The position numbers and the translations under genes were made by a program. Shown here in pieces: positions 37,412 through 46,586 of a stretch of 64,000 bases of DNA. Every line of letters begins with the position of its first letter. Position 1 is the stretch's first letter. The stretch comes from a virus: the IMG/VR virus record IMGVR_UViG_3300044761_000059, positions 7,286 through 71,285 of that record. One strand, written 5' to 3'. The notes below the pieces were generated by a model. It was not told the origin of the DNA. It worked only from the letters and a program-made list of their open reading frames with translations, and did no database searches.

Positions 37412-37953
37412 TGTTCCTCCTCCCCGGCGCGGGGGGAGAGGGCGGCCCGGACAATCGCAAGTGATTTTCGGGCCTCGATGCGGTCGCTCTCTTTCTCCGC
37501 GTCAGTTAGCATGGCGTAGGGTGTTGCTGCCTTCCGCGGCCAGTCTGCGGCCTTCTCAGCCGGAGCACGGCTCTGGTACTCCATCCACCTGGCCCATCGC
37601 TCGTGTTCTGCCGCTGCTAACGCCTCCAAAAGTTTTGGCGAGTCCAGTGCCTCCCGCAGCGCCGCGTTCTGCGCTTTCAACTCGTCTCGTTCTGCAAGCA
37701 GGGCGCGGCCAGCAGATGAAATATTGAACAAACTCCACCGCCTGATGGCCGCTTCCGTCATTGCTTCCACTTCTTTTCTGCTGAGAGCCGTAGAGCGCCC
37801 TGGAATCAGAAGAGCCGCGCATTCGACTAGAGCCCCATAAACCCCGCGCATCAGTTCTCCGCACGCCGCGTTCTGCGCTTCGAGGGAGGCGAGGGCGGTC
37901 TCCGTTTCTTGCGCTTGTCCTTCCATTTGCTCAATTAAGACATCGGGCATCAT
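37408..37953 (-). CDS. hypothetical protein with a C-terminal RyR-repeat-like motif
   Basis: LAAAEHERW...PYAMLTDAEKESDR; locally lower GC. Confidence 0.55.
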   Translation of the reverse strand: MMPDVLIEQMEGQAQETETALASLEAQNAACGELMRGVYGALVECAALLIPGRSTALSRKEVEAMTEAAIRRWSLFNISSAGRALLAERDELKAQNAALREALDSPKLLEALAAAEHERWARWMEYQSRAPAEKAADWPRKAATPYAMLTDAEKESDRIEARKSLAIVRAALSPRAGEEEQ

Positions 37954-38167
37954 GTCGCGCCTTATCTGCTAATGAGGCGTTTAGTTCCGCCTCCTCCACC
38001 CGCCGCTGGAGCGTGGCACAGCGCAGGCGCTCGTCATGTACTACGGTTGTGGCCTCGTACAAGTCATCCTGGAGCGCCTGGGCGGCGTGGGTGCAGAGGG
38101 CTGCACCGTAACCAGGATGGCCTTGGCATTGTATGAACTTGGGAAACCTGCACTCCCGCTCGCTCAT
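37931..38167 (-). CDS. hypothetical protein
   Basis: GGAGGAGG RBS. Confidence 0.45.
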   Translation of the reverse strand: MSERECRFPKFIQCQGHPGYGAALCTHAAQALQDDLYEATTVVHDERLRCATLQRRVEEAELNASLADKARHDARCLN

Positions 38168-38181
38168 GGGGCCTCCTCCCT

Positions 38182-38496
38182 CTAATTCTTTTCCGCCCTG
38201 GCCAGCGCCCGGCGCCGCTGCACGATGCGGATGGCCCGGATGGTCACGGCCAGGTCCACGAGGATGCTCACGTCGAGTCCCTTGATCTCCTCCTCCGAAA
38301 GCGGCCGGAGGACCAGGCCCTCCGTGAACGCGAGAATCACCGCACACTCAACGCAGACCGTGAGGTCCCCGGGCTTCGGCCGATCCCCGTGAGTACGGAG
38401 GGCGCTTGCCGCGTTGAAATGGTGCCCGCACCTCGGGCACTCAGCCCCAGGCACCGCGTGCTCATGGTAGATGCCGATGGGATCCTGGTCCGCCAT
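38182..38496 (-). CDS. Zn-ribbon hypothetical protein
   Basis: CPRC...PKPGD.TVCVEC. Confidence 0.6.
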   Translation of the reverse strand: MADQDPIGIYHEHAVPGAECPRCGHHFNAASALRTHGDRPKPGDLTVCVECAVILAFTEGLVLRPLSEEEIKGLDVSILVDLAVTIRAIRIVQRRRALARAEKN

Positions 38497-38677
38497 CCCT
38501 ACTCCACCCGCGGGGCCAGGTGGCGGTTCAGGATGTCCTGGAGGCGCACCGGGAGATGCCGCTTCACGCGGTCGAGGAGCTTGAGGGCCTCGGGGGACTC
38601 GTACCAGTTCGCCGCGGCCAGGTAGGCCGTGGCCACGAGGAGCATCCGCTCGAGGCGGCGGCAACGGGGGCAGCCCG

Positions 38678-38932
38678 TCACTCGCTCAGGAACAGGACCC
38701 GCGTCTCCGGGGTGGTCGGCCATCGCCCCCTCTCCCGCCGGAACGCCCGGCGGAACCGCATGTAGCCCATGAAGCAGAGCCGGCACGCCCAGGGGATCCC
38801 CGCCCGCATCCAGCGCGGGAAGGCGTCGCGGGGCAGGTCCCGTTCGCAGCAGGCGCAGCGGGTCAGGCCGTGCCGCCGGCGCCTGGGCGACCAGATCCAC
38901 AGCCGCCGCCCGTCCGCCGTGAGGCCCTCCAT
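38678..38932 (-). CDS. small Zn-finger protein
   Basis: CACC...CRLC; directly downstream of the RAMP-like gene. Confidence 0.5.
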   Translation of the reverse strand: MEGLTADGRRLWIWSPRRRRHGLTRCACCERDLPRDAFPRWMRAGIPWACRLCFMGYMRFRRAFRRERGRWPTTPETRVLFLSE

Positions 38933-38936
38933 GGGA

Positions 38937-39644
38937 TCACTCCGACTTCGTGAACTTGCCGTAGCCCCGCGGGCGGGCGGCGCCCAGGCCCTGGGCCTCG
39001 GCCATCTCCCACAGGTCCGTCCAGATCTCCTGGGTCAGGATCCGCGTGTCGGGCCACCGGGCGGCGAACTCCAGCTCCCAGGGCAGGAGGTAGTCGTACC
39101 GCCGCAGCACGGAACGGCGCCCGGCCCGGTCCTGCACGGAGCTCCCCCACTCGAGCGTCCCGGTGGGGATGGTGGGCTCCGCGCCGGCGCTCCGCAGGAT
39201 GAGCAGCGGGCTGCCGGGGGCGCCCTGGTGGGCCTGGAGGCCCCGGGTGAGGAGGTCCTTCAGCCCCCTCGTCTTTCTCGACAGGCCGAGGGTCGTCGCG
39301 CAGTCAATGAGCATGCTCGGGATCTGGTGGGCCCCCAGGCAGAGCAGGCCCTCCGGGTTGCGGCGGAAGCCGCAGGAGACCTTCTCCTCGTCCATGAGTT
39401 CGTCGACCTCCTCCCCGACGGCTTCGGCCTGGGCCTCCGCGGCCGCGCCCGTTTCGGGGGGCGCGACTCCCATCGCCGCCAGGTTCTCGGCGACGATCCG
39501 CTCGGGATCACGCCCCAGGGCTTTCGCCTTGAGGCGGACGGCCTTCGAGCTCATCTGCCCGCGAATCAAATCTTCGGTCTTGGGCATTCCGCCGAGGAGT
39601 TCCGTGACGCCGACCAGGACGATCTTCTTCGTGATCCAGTTCAT
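38937..39644 (-). CDS. stand-alone Cas7/RAMP-like protein (Vipr-like), 235 aa
   Basis: AGGAGG RBS near 39651-39656; N-terminal strand IVLVGVTELLGG, F.R..EG.L.L.AHQI..ML, C-terminal glycine-rich loop GLGAARPRGYGKF characteristic of RAMPs. Confidence 0.75.
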   Translation of the reverse strand: MNWITKKIVLVGVTELLGGMPKTEDLIRGQMSSKAVRLKAKALGRDPERIVAENLAAMGVAPPETGAAAEAQAEAVGEEVDELMDEEKVSCGFRRNPEGLLCLGAHQIPSMLIDCATTLGLSRKTRGLKDLLTRGLQAHQGAPGSPLLILRSAGAEPTIPTGTLEWGSSVQDRAGRRSVLRRYDYLLPWELEFAARWPDTRILTQEIWTDLWEMAEAQGLGAARPRGYGKFTKSE

Positions 39645-39660
39645 TGGGATCCTCCTTTTT

Positions 39661-40745
39661 GGTTTGTCGCAGAGGGCAGGCCAGAACAGGCAGGGCTCGT
39701 CGCAATGGGAGGGTTCGGCTCGACGTGGTTTGACGGGGCATGTCGCAGGGGCTTGGCGCGACCGGGCACGGCCGGACAGGACGCGGCTTGTCGCAGTGGC
39801 TCGGCGTGGCGCGGCCAGTCGCAGTGGCGGACCGATGTGGACCGTCGCAGCGGCTCGGGGAGTGCCGGGGTGACCGGGCGTGGCACGTCGCATGGGCGGG
39901 GGAGGGCAGGCTCGATTCGACTCGGCTCGGCTCGTCGCAGCGGCTTGGGGAGACCCGCGGGGGGCGGAGGTGGCGGGGGCCGTCGCGCTGGTGTGGCATG
40001 GCTCGCGCGGGCGGGAGTCGACTCGGCTGGTCGCATGGGGCAGGCGGGGAGGGGCCGGTAGCAGCGGTCGGGCTCGGGTCGGGTCGGACTCGGGGGGGTC
40101 TGGCTCGTCGCAAGGGCTTGGGTGGAGTTGGGGTGGGTCGTCGCAGCGGCTCGGGTTGGGATGGCCTGGCCAGTCGCATGGGTTTGGGCGGGGCGGGGTT
40201 GGGTCGTCGCAGCGGGATGGCGTGGCTCGAGTCGTCGCAGCGGAATGGAGCGCTTCGCGGTGACACGGCTGGTCGCAGCGGGTCGGCTCGGGTCGGGTCG
40301 GCGTGGGTAGTCGCAACGGGAAGGAGCGGCCCGGGAGGGGAGGGTTTGTCGCGGCGATCTGGCAGGGCTCGGCTTGGTCCGGGGCGGCCTGTCGCATCGG
40401 GTTGGAAGGGCTCGGCACGGCATGTCGCAGAGGCTCGGGCTGGCGAGCGTAGGCTTGTCGCATCGGGGCGGGCGGGCTCGGGCCGGGAGGGGCGGGGTAG
40501 TCGCACGGGCTCGGGCAGGCCAGCTGGGGCTTGTCGCAGCGGCAGGGATCGGTCTGGGATGGCTCGTCGCAGCGGCTCGGGCGGGATAGGCTCGACTTGT
40601 CGCATGGGGGCGGGACGGCGCGGGCGCGGACTGTCGCAGCGGCCAGGCTGGGCACGCTCGGGGTCGGCTTGTCGCAAGGGGTCGGCGTGGCCCGGGCGGA
40701 AATGACGGGGCGGGGCTTGGGTGGGGTTGTCGCAACGGGGCGGCA
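39661..40745. repeat. periodic guide-like array: 29 GTCGCA-NN delimiters separated by 4-10 G(G/A)N-NN pentamers (putative non-coding RNA)
   Basis: delimiter spacings counted by hand: 33,43,48,28,26,43,47,48,48,28,49,33,33,33,28,38,38,38,43,33,33,43,33,33,33,34,38,58; 24/28 equal 8+5n. Confidence 0.9.
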
Positions 40746-42560
40746 TCAGGCGCTCCGGTCGGGGAACAATTCGTCCGCCGCCCGGACCTGGCCGGGCGCC
40801 GGGTAGTGGAGGAGGCCCAGAGTGGAGAGCTCGCCGACGACCTTGGCGTAGGCCCCCCCGCCGTGCTCGTAGTGGGCCAGGCGAGCCAGCTCCGCCCGGG
40901 CCACCTCCTCCGGCCAAGCCTTGACCAGGGGCTCCAGGATCCGGAGGTGGCGGGGCTTGAGCTTCGCCCGCCAGATGGCCATGACCCACTCGTGGGTGGG
41001 CGCCCCGGCGAGCTCCAGGGCCCCCACGGCCGCCTGGCCCCGGTCGGTCAGGTTCATGGTGGCCACCGCCGGGTACCGGATCCAGCCGCCCGTGTTGAGC
41101 TCCCCGACGACCTTGGCGAAGGCCCCGCCCCCGGCCGAGTACCCGGTGGCCAGGGCGATCGCCCCCCTGCCGGGCGCCTGGCGGCCCAGGGAGGCAAACA
41201 TGGCCAGGGCCCGGAGGATCTTCATGTGGCGCTCCCCCAGGCCCTCCGGGGGGGGGCTCAGGGGCCCTGGGCGGCCCCCCGGGGGCGACGTGGCCTCCGG
41301 TCGGGGGGACGGGCCGGGGCGTCGCGGCCGCCGGCCCGGGGGCCGCCTGCAGGGCCCTGGGCGCCGTCAGGAAGGGCTTGGGAGGGGTCTCCAGGGGCTC
41401 CAGGGCGCCCTTGGCCCGCTCCAGGTGGGCCACGGCCCTCACGGTGGCCTCGGCCAGCCGTTCCCAGGCTCCCCACAGTTGGCGCAGGGAGGCGTCCCGA
41501 TCCCGGAGCAGCTCCCGGAGCTTCCGCTCGGCCTCGGCCCGGGTCCGCCGGTCGTCGGTCTCGACGTCCGCCAGGGCGTGCTTCGCGGCCGCCTGGCCGG
41601 CCTCCCGGGCCCGGGCCAGTTCGGCCTGGAGGGTGGCCACCTGGCGGCGGAGCTCCCGGGGGTCCTCCGCTCGGGCCCGCTCGATCGTGGCGGCCATCCG
41701 CTTGCGGATCGCCCCGAGGTCCACGTCGGCCAGGGTCGCCGGCGGCCGCTTGCCCTTGACCTCCTTCGGGGTGGCGGCGCTGTCGAAGGTCTCCCGGAGC
41801 CGGAAACGCACCCGCTTCAGGGCCTTCAGCCAGTGGGGCGACCAGACCCAGGCCTCCCCGTCGTCCAGGCCGGGCAGGGATTCCAGGAGCTCGAGGCTCT
41901 GTCCGTGGTGCTCGACCCATCCCTGGATCGCCTTCCGGTCCTGGGGGGAGGTGGTCCGGAGGACCACGAGGGTCTCGATCTGCGTCAGGACGTTCTTTGT
42001 TGAGGGCGGCCGACCGTTGGGTGATCATGGTGATCCCCAGGCCAACGCTGGCGGCCGCGGCGGACGACGTTCTCCCAGGCCCGGACCAGGCGGGCCTGCT
42101 CCCGGAAGGGGCGCTGGGGGGCGTAGTCGTCGGCCTCCTCGAGGAAGAGGTGGAGCGGGTCCTCGTTGCGCCGGTAAAGGCGCTCGGCGAAGTCGATCAG
42201 GAAGCGGGTCTTGTCCCCTTCGCTGAACTCGAACAGGCTCAGGACGCAGGAGAGCCGCTCGTCCACGACCAGGTCGGCGAGCAACTGGCCTCCCGTCCGC
42301 TCGAGGGGGACGTCCCCGTGCTTCCCGCCGAAGACCGGGATCGGGAGGCCGGGGCCCTTCCCGTCGGCCGAGGAGCGCAGTCCCCACCAGGCGTCCACCG
42401 GGTCGATCACCACGAAGGGGAGGCCGGCCCGGTGCATCTCCTCGGCCATCACGACCGCGGTGTTGGTCTTGCCGGCGCCGCGCTTGGCGAGGATCCCGAA
42501 GGTCTGAGTGATGGCGTCGGCCGGGAGGGTGAGGCCCTCGGCGACGTGGAGCTTCCTCAT
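40746..42560 (-). CDS. HerA/FtsK-like (DUF87-type) ATPase with C-terminal winged-helix repeats; three apparent frameshifts
   Basis: AKRGAGKT Walker A, VIDP, LFLEEAD Walker B, RRGR..GLGITMITQR; frame breaks near 42044, 41996 and 41250. Confidence 0.75.
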
Positions 42561-42760
42561 TCCCCTCTCAGCGCCATGAGGACCTGGTTGTGGCCGATCC
42601 CCTCCTCGACGACGAGGGCCTCGAAGGCCTCCTCCCCGTAGGCGGGGGCGTGCCCGTGGCGCTCCCGCTCCATGTTCGCCGCGACCATGCCGAAGGCCCG
42701 GATCAGGGCCCGGGAGACGGCGGCGTGGACGAAGGCAGCGCGGCCGGCTTCGGTCTCCAT
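42557..42760 (-). CDS. small hypothetical protein
   Basis: GMVAANMER...APAYGEEAF; coupled on both sides. Confidence 0.55.
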   Translation of the reverse strand: METEAGRAAFVHAAVSRALIRAFGMVAANMERERHGHAPAYGEEAFEALVVEEGIGHNQVLMALRGE

Positions 42761-44294
42761 CACTTCTTCCCCTTCTTGGCGGCCTTCTTCGGCTTGGCCG
42801 GCTCGCGCTGGAGGGCGGCCGTATCGATCCGGTTACCGCTTCGCCAGCGCCAGGACGTCCTTCTTCCGGTCGTCGTAGCCGCCGATGTCCAGCACCCGGA
42901 CGAGGCTGAGCTCGACGAGGATCCGGCCCGAGCTCGGCCGGCGCCATCTCGCCGAGCTTCTTCTGGGCGATCTGCAGGTGATCCTGGGACCCCGCCGGCC
43001 GGCCCTTCTCCGGGATCCAGCCGTGCCGCCGCATCACGCGGACGCGGTTTTCATGCCAGACCTCCTGCATGTAGGCGGGCGCCACGCGCGAGAGCTCAGC
43101 CAGCCCGAGCGTCGGCGGGACCTTGGCCAGGACCGCGTCCAGAAGCCGGCCCCGGTGCGCGAGCTCCGCCCGGTGCCGGCGGTGGGCCTCCTTCTGGCGG
43201 GCCTTCTCCCGGGGGTTGGGGCCAGGGATCCGGGACATCCCGTGGCCGTGGACCTTACAGCTGGGCTCGGCGCAGATCTTCACCACCTGTCCTCGGCCCT
43301 GGCCGCCCACCACCAGGCCGGCCTTCGCGTGGGCGCAGCCCTTGCCCTTGGCCTCCGTCCACCGCTGCGGGTCCAAGGGCCCCTTCGGGTCCCGCCGGCC
43401 GGTGTACTCCCGGGAGATCTCCACGAAGGCGGTGCCCTTCGCCTTGAGGCCCGCCCGGGCCCGGGCGAGGTGGGCGTCGATCTTCTGGCCGAAGCAGGCC
43501 CGGTCGGTGCAGGTGTCCTTCTTGGCGATGTCGGGGAAGAGGTCCGGGACGAAGCCGGTCCGCTTCGGGCAGGTCGTGCAGGGGCCGGCCGCCGGCACCA
43601 GGGTGGCGTCGTCCTTCTTCCAGGGGGCGGCCGCCAGGTCCAGGTGGACGTTCTCGGCGATCCAGATCCCGAGCTCCCGGACGGTGACGAGGGCCTTCGC
43701 CTGCCCCCGGGGCTTGCGCCACCGCCCTTCCCCCTCGAAGCACTCCTCCAGGGCCTCCTTCTGGTACTTCGGCTGGAGGCGCGCGATCTGGACGGCGTGC
43801 CCCTCCGTGATCGTGTCGGCCCCGAAGGCCTCGGCCGCCTCGGGGACCAGGTCCGCGAGCTTCAGCTTCTGGTAGACGTAGCTCGCCGACTTCTTGACCT
43901 TGTCCGCGATCGCGGGGACGTCGTAGCCGGCCTCCTTCATCAGGCGCCGGTACCCGTCCGCCTCGTCCAGGGGGTGCATGTCCTGGCGGTGGACGTTCTC
44001 CACCAGGCCCATCTCGATGGCCTGCTGGTCCGTGAGCTCCCGCACGCTGCAGGGCACGTCCGGGAGCTTGGCGGCCTTCGCGGCGGCGAGCCGGCGGTGG
44101 CCGAACACGACCTCGAACTTCTTCCCGCCGTCGACCGGCCGGACGAGGAGGGGCTGCAGGACGCCGTGCGTCCGGACGCTGTCGGTCAGCTCCTCGAGGC
44201 GCTTGGGGTCCACCTGGCGGCGGGTGTTGAGCGGGCTCGGGCGCAGGCATTCGACGGGCAGGGGAACGGCGCTGACGGAGACCGCGGTGGCCAT
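42760..44294 (-). CDS. ParB/RepB/Spo0J-family protein (two apparent frameshifts near the C-terminus)
   Basis: PSPLNTR, LQPLLVRP, VFGHRRLAA, ENVHRQDMHPLDEA, HTH; C..CPKRTG...CTDRACF; frame breaks near 42928 and 42834. Confidence 0.85.
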
Positions 44295-44306
44295 GGAGGC
44301 ACTCCT

Positions 44307-44585
44307 TTACTTCAGTCCGAGCTTTCCTCGGAGGTTCTGGATCTTCGCCGCCACTTCGGGGTTGAGGCGTTGCCCGGCCGGCGCCTTGAGCAGACGGTCT
44401 GCCGCGCCGGCGTCCTTCGGCCAGCAACACCGGACACAGGTGACGTTCCCGATCCGGTAGTAGTACTCGCCGCACTTCCCGCAGTGGAGCATCCAGGCCG
44501 TCTCGCCGCCCTTGCGGACGACCATCCGGCCGGGGCAGAGGGTTTTGTCTGGGAGCCCATGATGGCAGGGGATGCTCTTGGCCAC
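44307..44585 (-). CDS. Cys-rich hypothetical protein
   Basis: CPG...CGKC...CVRC. Confidence 0.5.
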   Translation of the reverse strand: MAKSIPCHHGLPDKTLCPGRMVVRKGGETAWMLHCGKCGEYYYRIGNVTCVRCCWPKDAGAADRLLKAPAGQRLNPEVAAKIQNLRGKLGLK

Positions 44586-44599
44586 GTGGGGCTCCTCCT

Positions 44600-44959
44600 T
44601 CAGCCCAGCGGGTTGTCGGCCAGGAACTCGTCCACGGAGTAGTAGACCGGCTGCCCCAGCCGCTGGGCGTTCGCCACGTCCCGGTCGCCCCCGGGGCTGT
44701 GCCCGGGCAGCCGGATCGTGACGTCGCAGTGCTCCTGCCAGGCCTGGTGTAGGGCTATCCAGCCCTCGTAGGGCCTGGGGGCGACCAGGTGCCAGAGGTG
44801 GGTCAGGTGGGGCAGGTAGGGGACGTGGCCGGCATCCAGGATCCTGGCGGCGGCCTGAATGGCAGCCCGGACGTTCTGCGCCGGGTCGCCATGCGTGTAC
44901 GGACCGGCGAGAAAGGCTCGCTTACGGTGGGGGTGTTCGACCCTGCGCTCGCCGCCCAT
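44600..44959 (-). CDS. DUF4406/DUF1937-like nucleoside-deoxyribosyltransferase-fold protein
   Basis: FLAGPYT...NVRAA...GHVPYLPH...CD..IRLPG.SPG. Confidence 0.65.
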   Translation of the reverse strand: MGGERRVEHPHRKRAFLAGPYTHGDPAQNVRAAIQAAARILDAGHVPYLPHLTHLWHLVAPRPYEGWIALHQAWQEHCDVTIRLPGHSPGGDRDVANAQRLGQPVYYSVDEFLADNPLG

Positions 44960-45206
44960 GACGCAGGAGCTCCTTCCAGCGGGGGTGGACCAGCTTGGCC
45001 GCGGGGATCCCCGTGACGCGCTCCCAAGCGCGGGCGCGCTCGGGGCTGGGGTGGGCCAGGCCACGGAAGACCCGGAAGAGGAAGGCGTAGGTGACGCCGA
45101 AGACCCGCTGGCTGTCGCGCCGGTACTGGAAGCCCGGCTCGCGGTCGATCCAGAGTTGGAGGGGATGCCGGTGAGTGGCGCCGAAGACCCGCCTCGTCTT
45201 GGTCAT
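44922..45206 (-). CDS. Cro-like HTH regulator
   Basis: first gene after a promoter; FGVTYAFLFRVFRG...PSPERA..W..VTGIP. Confidence 0.55.
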   Translation of the reverse strand: MTKTRRVFGATHRHPLQLWIDREPGFQYRRDSQRVFGVTYAFLFRVFRGLAHPSPERARAWERVTGIPAAKLVHPRWKELLRHGRRAQGRTPPP

Positions 45207-45216
45207 CGGGCTGGAC

Positions 45217-45243
45217 GTTATACCACCAGTGCAACCCGCGCAA
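45217..45243 (-). promoter_or_regulatory. promoter with extended -10 and shared GGTTGCACTG box
   Basis: TTGCGC-GGGTTGCACTGGTGG-TATAAC; near-identical core at 56106-56133. Confidence 0.65.
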
Positions 45244-45245
45244 GC

Positions 45246-45284
45246 AAAAAAAGGGGGGCGCCGGGTCGCCCCGGTCGCCCCCCT
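45246..45284 (-). terminator. Rho-independent terminator
   Basis: GGGGGGCG..CCGG/CCGG..CGCCCCCC hairpin followed by a T-tract. Confidence 0.8.
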
Positions 45285-45285
45285 G

Positions 45286-45465
45286 TTAGGCCGCCTGGTG
45301 CTTCCGGCCGGGCCGCCGCCCCTGCCGGGCAGCCTGCTTGTCCCGCCTGATCTGTTCCTCGACGGCCCGGATGACGTAGCCCTTGATCGTGGTCAGGGCC
45401 GCCGCCTTGCGGAGCTCGTCGTAGAACTCCTGGGGGACGTCGTGCAGATGCAGGTTGTTCGGCAT
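45286..45465 (-). CDS. ribbon-helix-helix-like DNA-binding protein
   Basis: NLHLHDVPQEFYDELRKAAA...IRAVEE. Confidence 0.55.
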   Translation of the reverse strand: MPNNLHLHDVPQEFYDELRKAAALTTIKGYVIRAVEEQIRRDKQAARQGRRPGRKHQAA

Positions 45466-45860
45466 CACTCGCTCCCTCCCCTCTCCCCTTCCTCGAGGGC
45501 CGCCAGGTGGGCCAGGTTCTCCAGGATCTCGCGGCCGGCGTGGGTGGTCCGCCACTGGCCGAACCAGGCCAGGACCGCGCCGTCGGACATCAACCACTCC
45601 CGGTCCATCTCGGCGACGATCTCCGCCTTGAAGCGCTGGTAGCAGCCGGGGTGGCGGGCGGCCGGCTCGCCCGGCAGGACCGCGATCAGGATCGCGCGGG
45701 CCAGCTCGGCGGGCCCGGAGCCGTGGTAGCCCCAATTGAACCCGGTCGGCGAGTGCCGGGCCTCGTCGGGCTGCAGCGGGGGCAGCGCCAGCACTTGCCC
45801 GTCGAACAGGACCAGGGGGCGGGCCTCCCGCTGGTCGTAGTAGCCGCTGAAGGTTCGCAC
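45465..45860 (-). CDS. DUF6166-like protein
   Basis: HSPTGFNWGYHGSGPAELA...YQRFK. Confidence 0.7.
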   Translation of the reverse strand: MRTFSGYYDQREARPLVLFDGQVLALPPLQPDEARHSPTGFNWGYHGSGPAELARAILIAVLPGEPAARHPGCYQRFKAEIVAEMDREWLMSDGAVLAWFGQWRTTHAGREILENLAHLAALEEGERGGSE

Positions 45861-45888
45861 GTTACGCTCCTCTCACATGCTACCACGG

Positions 45889-46158
45889 TTACCGTGGCAG
45901 CTCAAGTGGCCCGGCGCCGCCGTTCGGGGGCGCCAGGAACCGGCGCAGCCAGAGGCGTGCCCGGTCCACCAGGCCCAGGCGCAGGACCACCCGGGCGCGC
46001 GGGTACATGCCGCGGACGACCCGCTCCGCGATCTCGGCCACGTCAAGCCGGCGAGCCATCGTGTCCCGCAGGCCGGCCTCGCGCACGAACACGGGGACGT
46101 CGAACGTCAGGATCCCCTCGGGGTCGCCCGAGAGGTAGGTGGGCAGGCTCCGGTGCAT
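45889..46158 (-). CDS. hypothetical protein
   Basis: coupled ORF with RBS. Confidence 0.45.
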   Translation of the reverse strand: MHRSLPTYLSGDPEGILTFDVPVFVREAGLRDTMARRLDVAEIAERVVRGMYPRARVVLRLGLVDRARLWLRRFLAPPNGGAGPLELPR

Positions 46159-46376
46159 CAGCTCTCCTCCTCGGCCCCGCCCCGGCTGTTGCCGAGGTAG
46201 GCCACGGTGATCTGGACGACCCGGTGCCGGCGCCCCTTGACGCCGGGCCGGGCCAGGATCTCCCGGAGGGCCCGGGAGACGGCCACGCTCAGGGTCCGCC
46301 CCTCCGCGGTCGCCCGCTGGAAGGAGGCCTTGACCCTGGCCTCGTGGAAGCGGCAGCTGATCGTGTAGCGCCTCAT
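46158..46376 (-). CDS. RHH-like small protein
   Basis: A.AEGRTLS.AVSRALRE. Confidence 0.45.
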   Translation of the reverse strand: MRRYTISCRFHEARVKASFQRATAEGRTLSVAVSRALREILARPGVKGRRHRVVQITVAYLGNSRGGAEEES

Positions 46377-46582
46377 CGGCCCTCCTCGTCCAGGAGCTCC
46401 TCCACCGTCATGGCGTTGTAGCTGAGGATCTCCTCCGCCGTCTCCCCGGTCTCCGCGCCCCACTGTTCGCGCGGGGCGAGCCGGGTGCCGTTCCAGTTGT
46501 AGTCGGCCCCGCAGGTGGGGCAGGTGTTGGTGAACTCGTTACAGTCGAGGTCCTGGCCGCAGCACTGGATGGTCTTGGCCAT
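46373..46582 (-). CDS. small Zn-ribbon protein
   Basis: CPTCGADYN..G.RLAPREQWG.ETGE. Confidence 0.6.
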   Translation of the reverse strand: MAKTIQCCGQDLDCNEFTNTCPTCGADYNWNGTRLAPREQWGAETGETAEEILSYNAMTVEELLDEEGR

Positions 46583-46586
46583 GGGG

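Noticed and set aside
39641-40735. Long ORFs across the array (572-aa extension of the RAMP gene, 364-aa and plus-strand ORFs with CDxP/AAT repeats)
   Set aside because: They are by-products of a GC-rich 5-nt periodic sequence that is not codon-phased; the RAMP gene has its own AGGAGG RBS and ATG at 39644.
39661-40745. Canonical CRISPR array
   Set aside because: The constant element is only 6 nt, the intervening sequence is itself periodic, and no cas1/cas2/cas6 genes are present in the window.
41230-42935. Programmed frameshifting or pseudogenisation of the ParB and HerA genes (five frame breaks)
   Set aside because: Most breaks look like single extra bases in short homopolymers clustered in ~1.7 kb (e.g. 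CGT-T-GGC, CGG-TAA-C), more consistent with long-read assembly error. The same error type may explain the off-register array intervals. Raw reads are needed.
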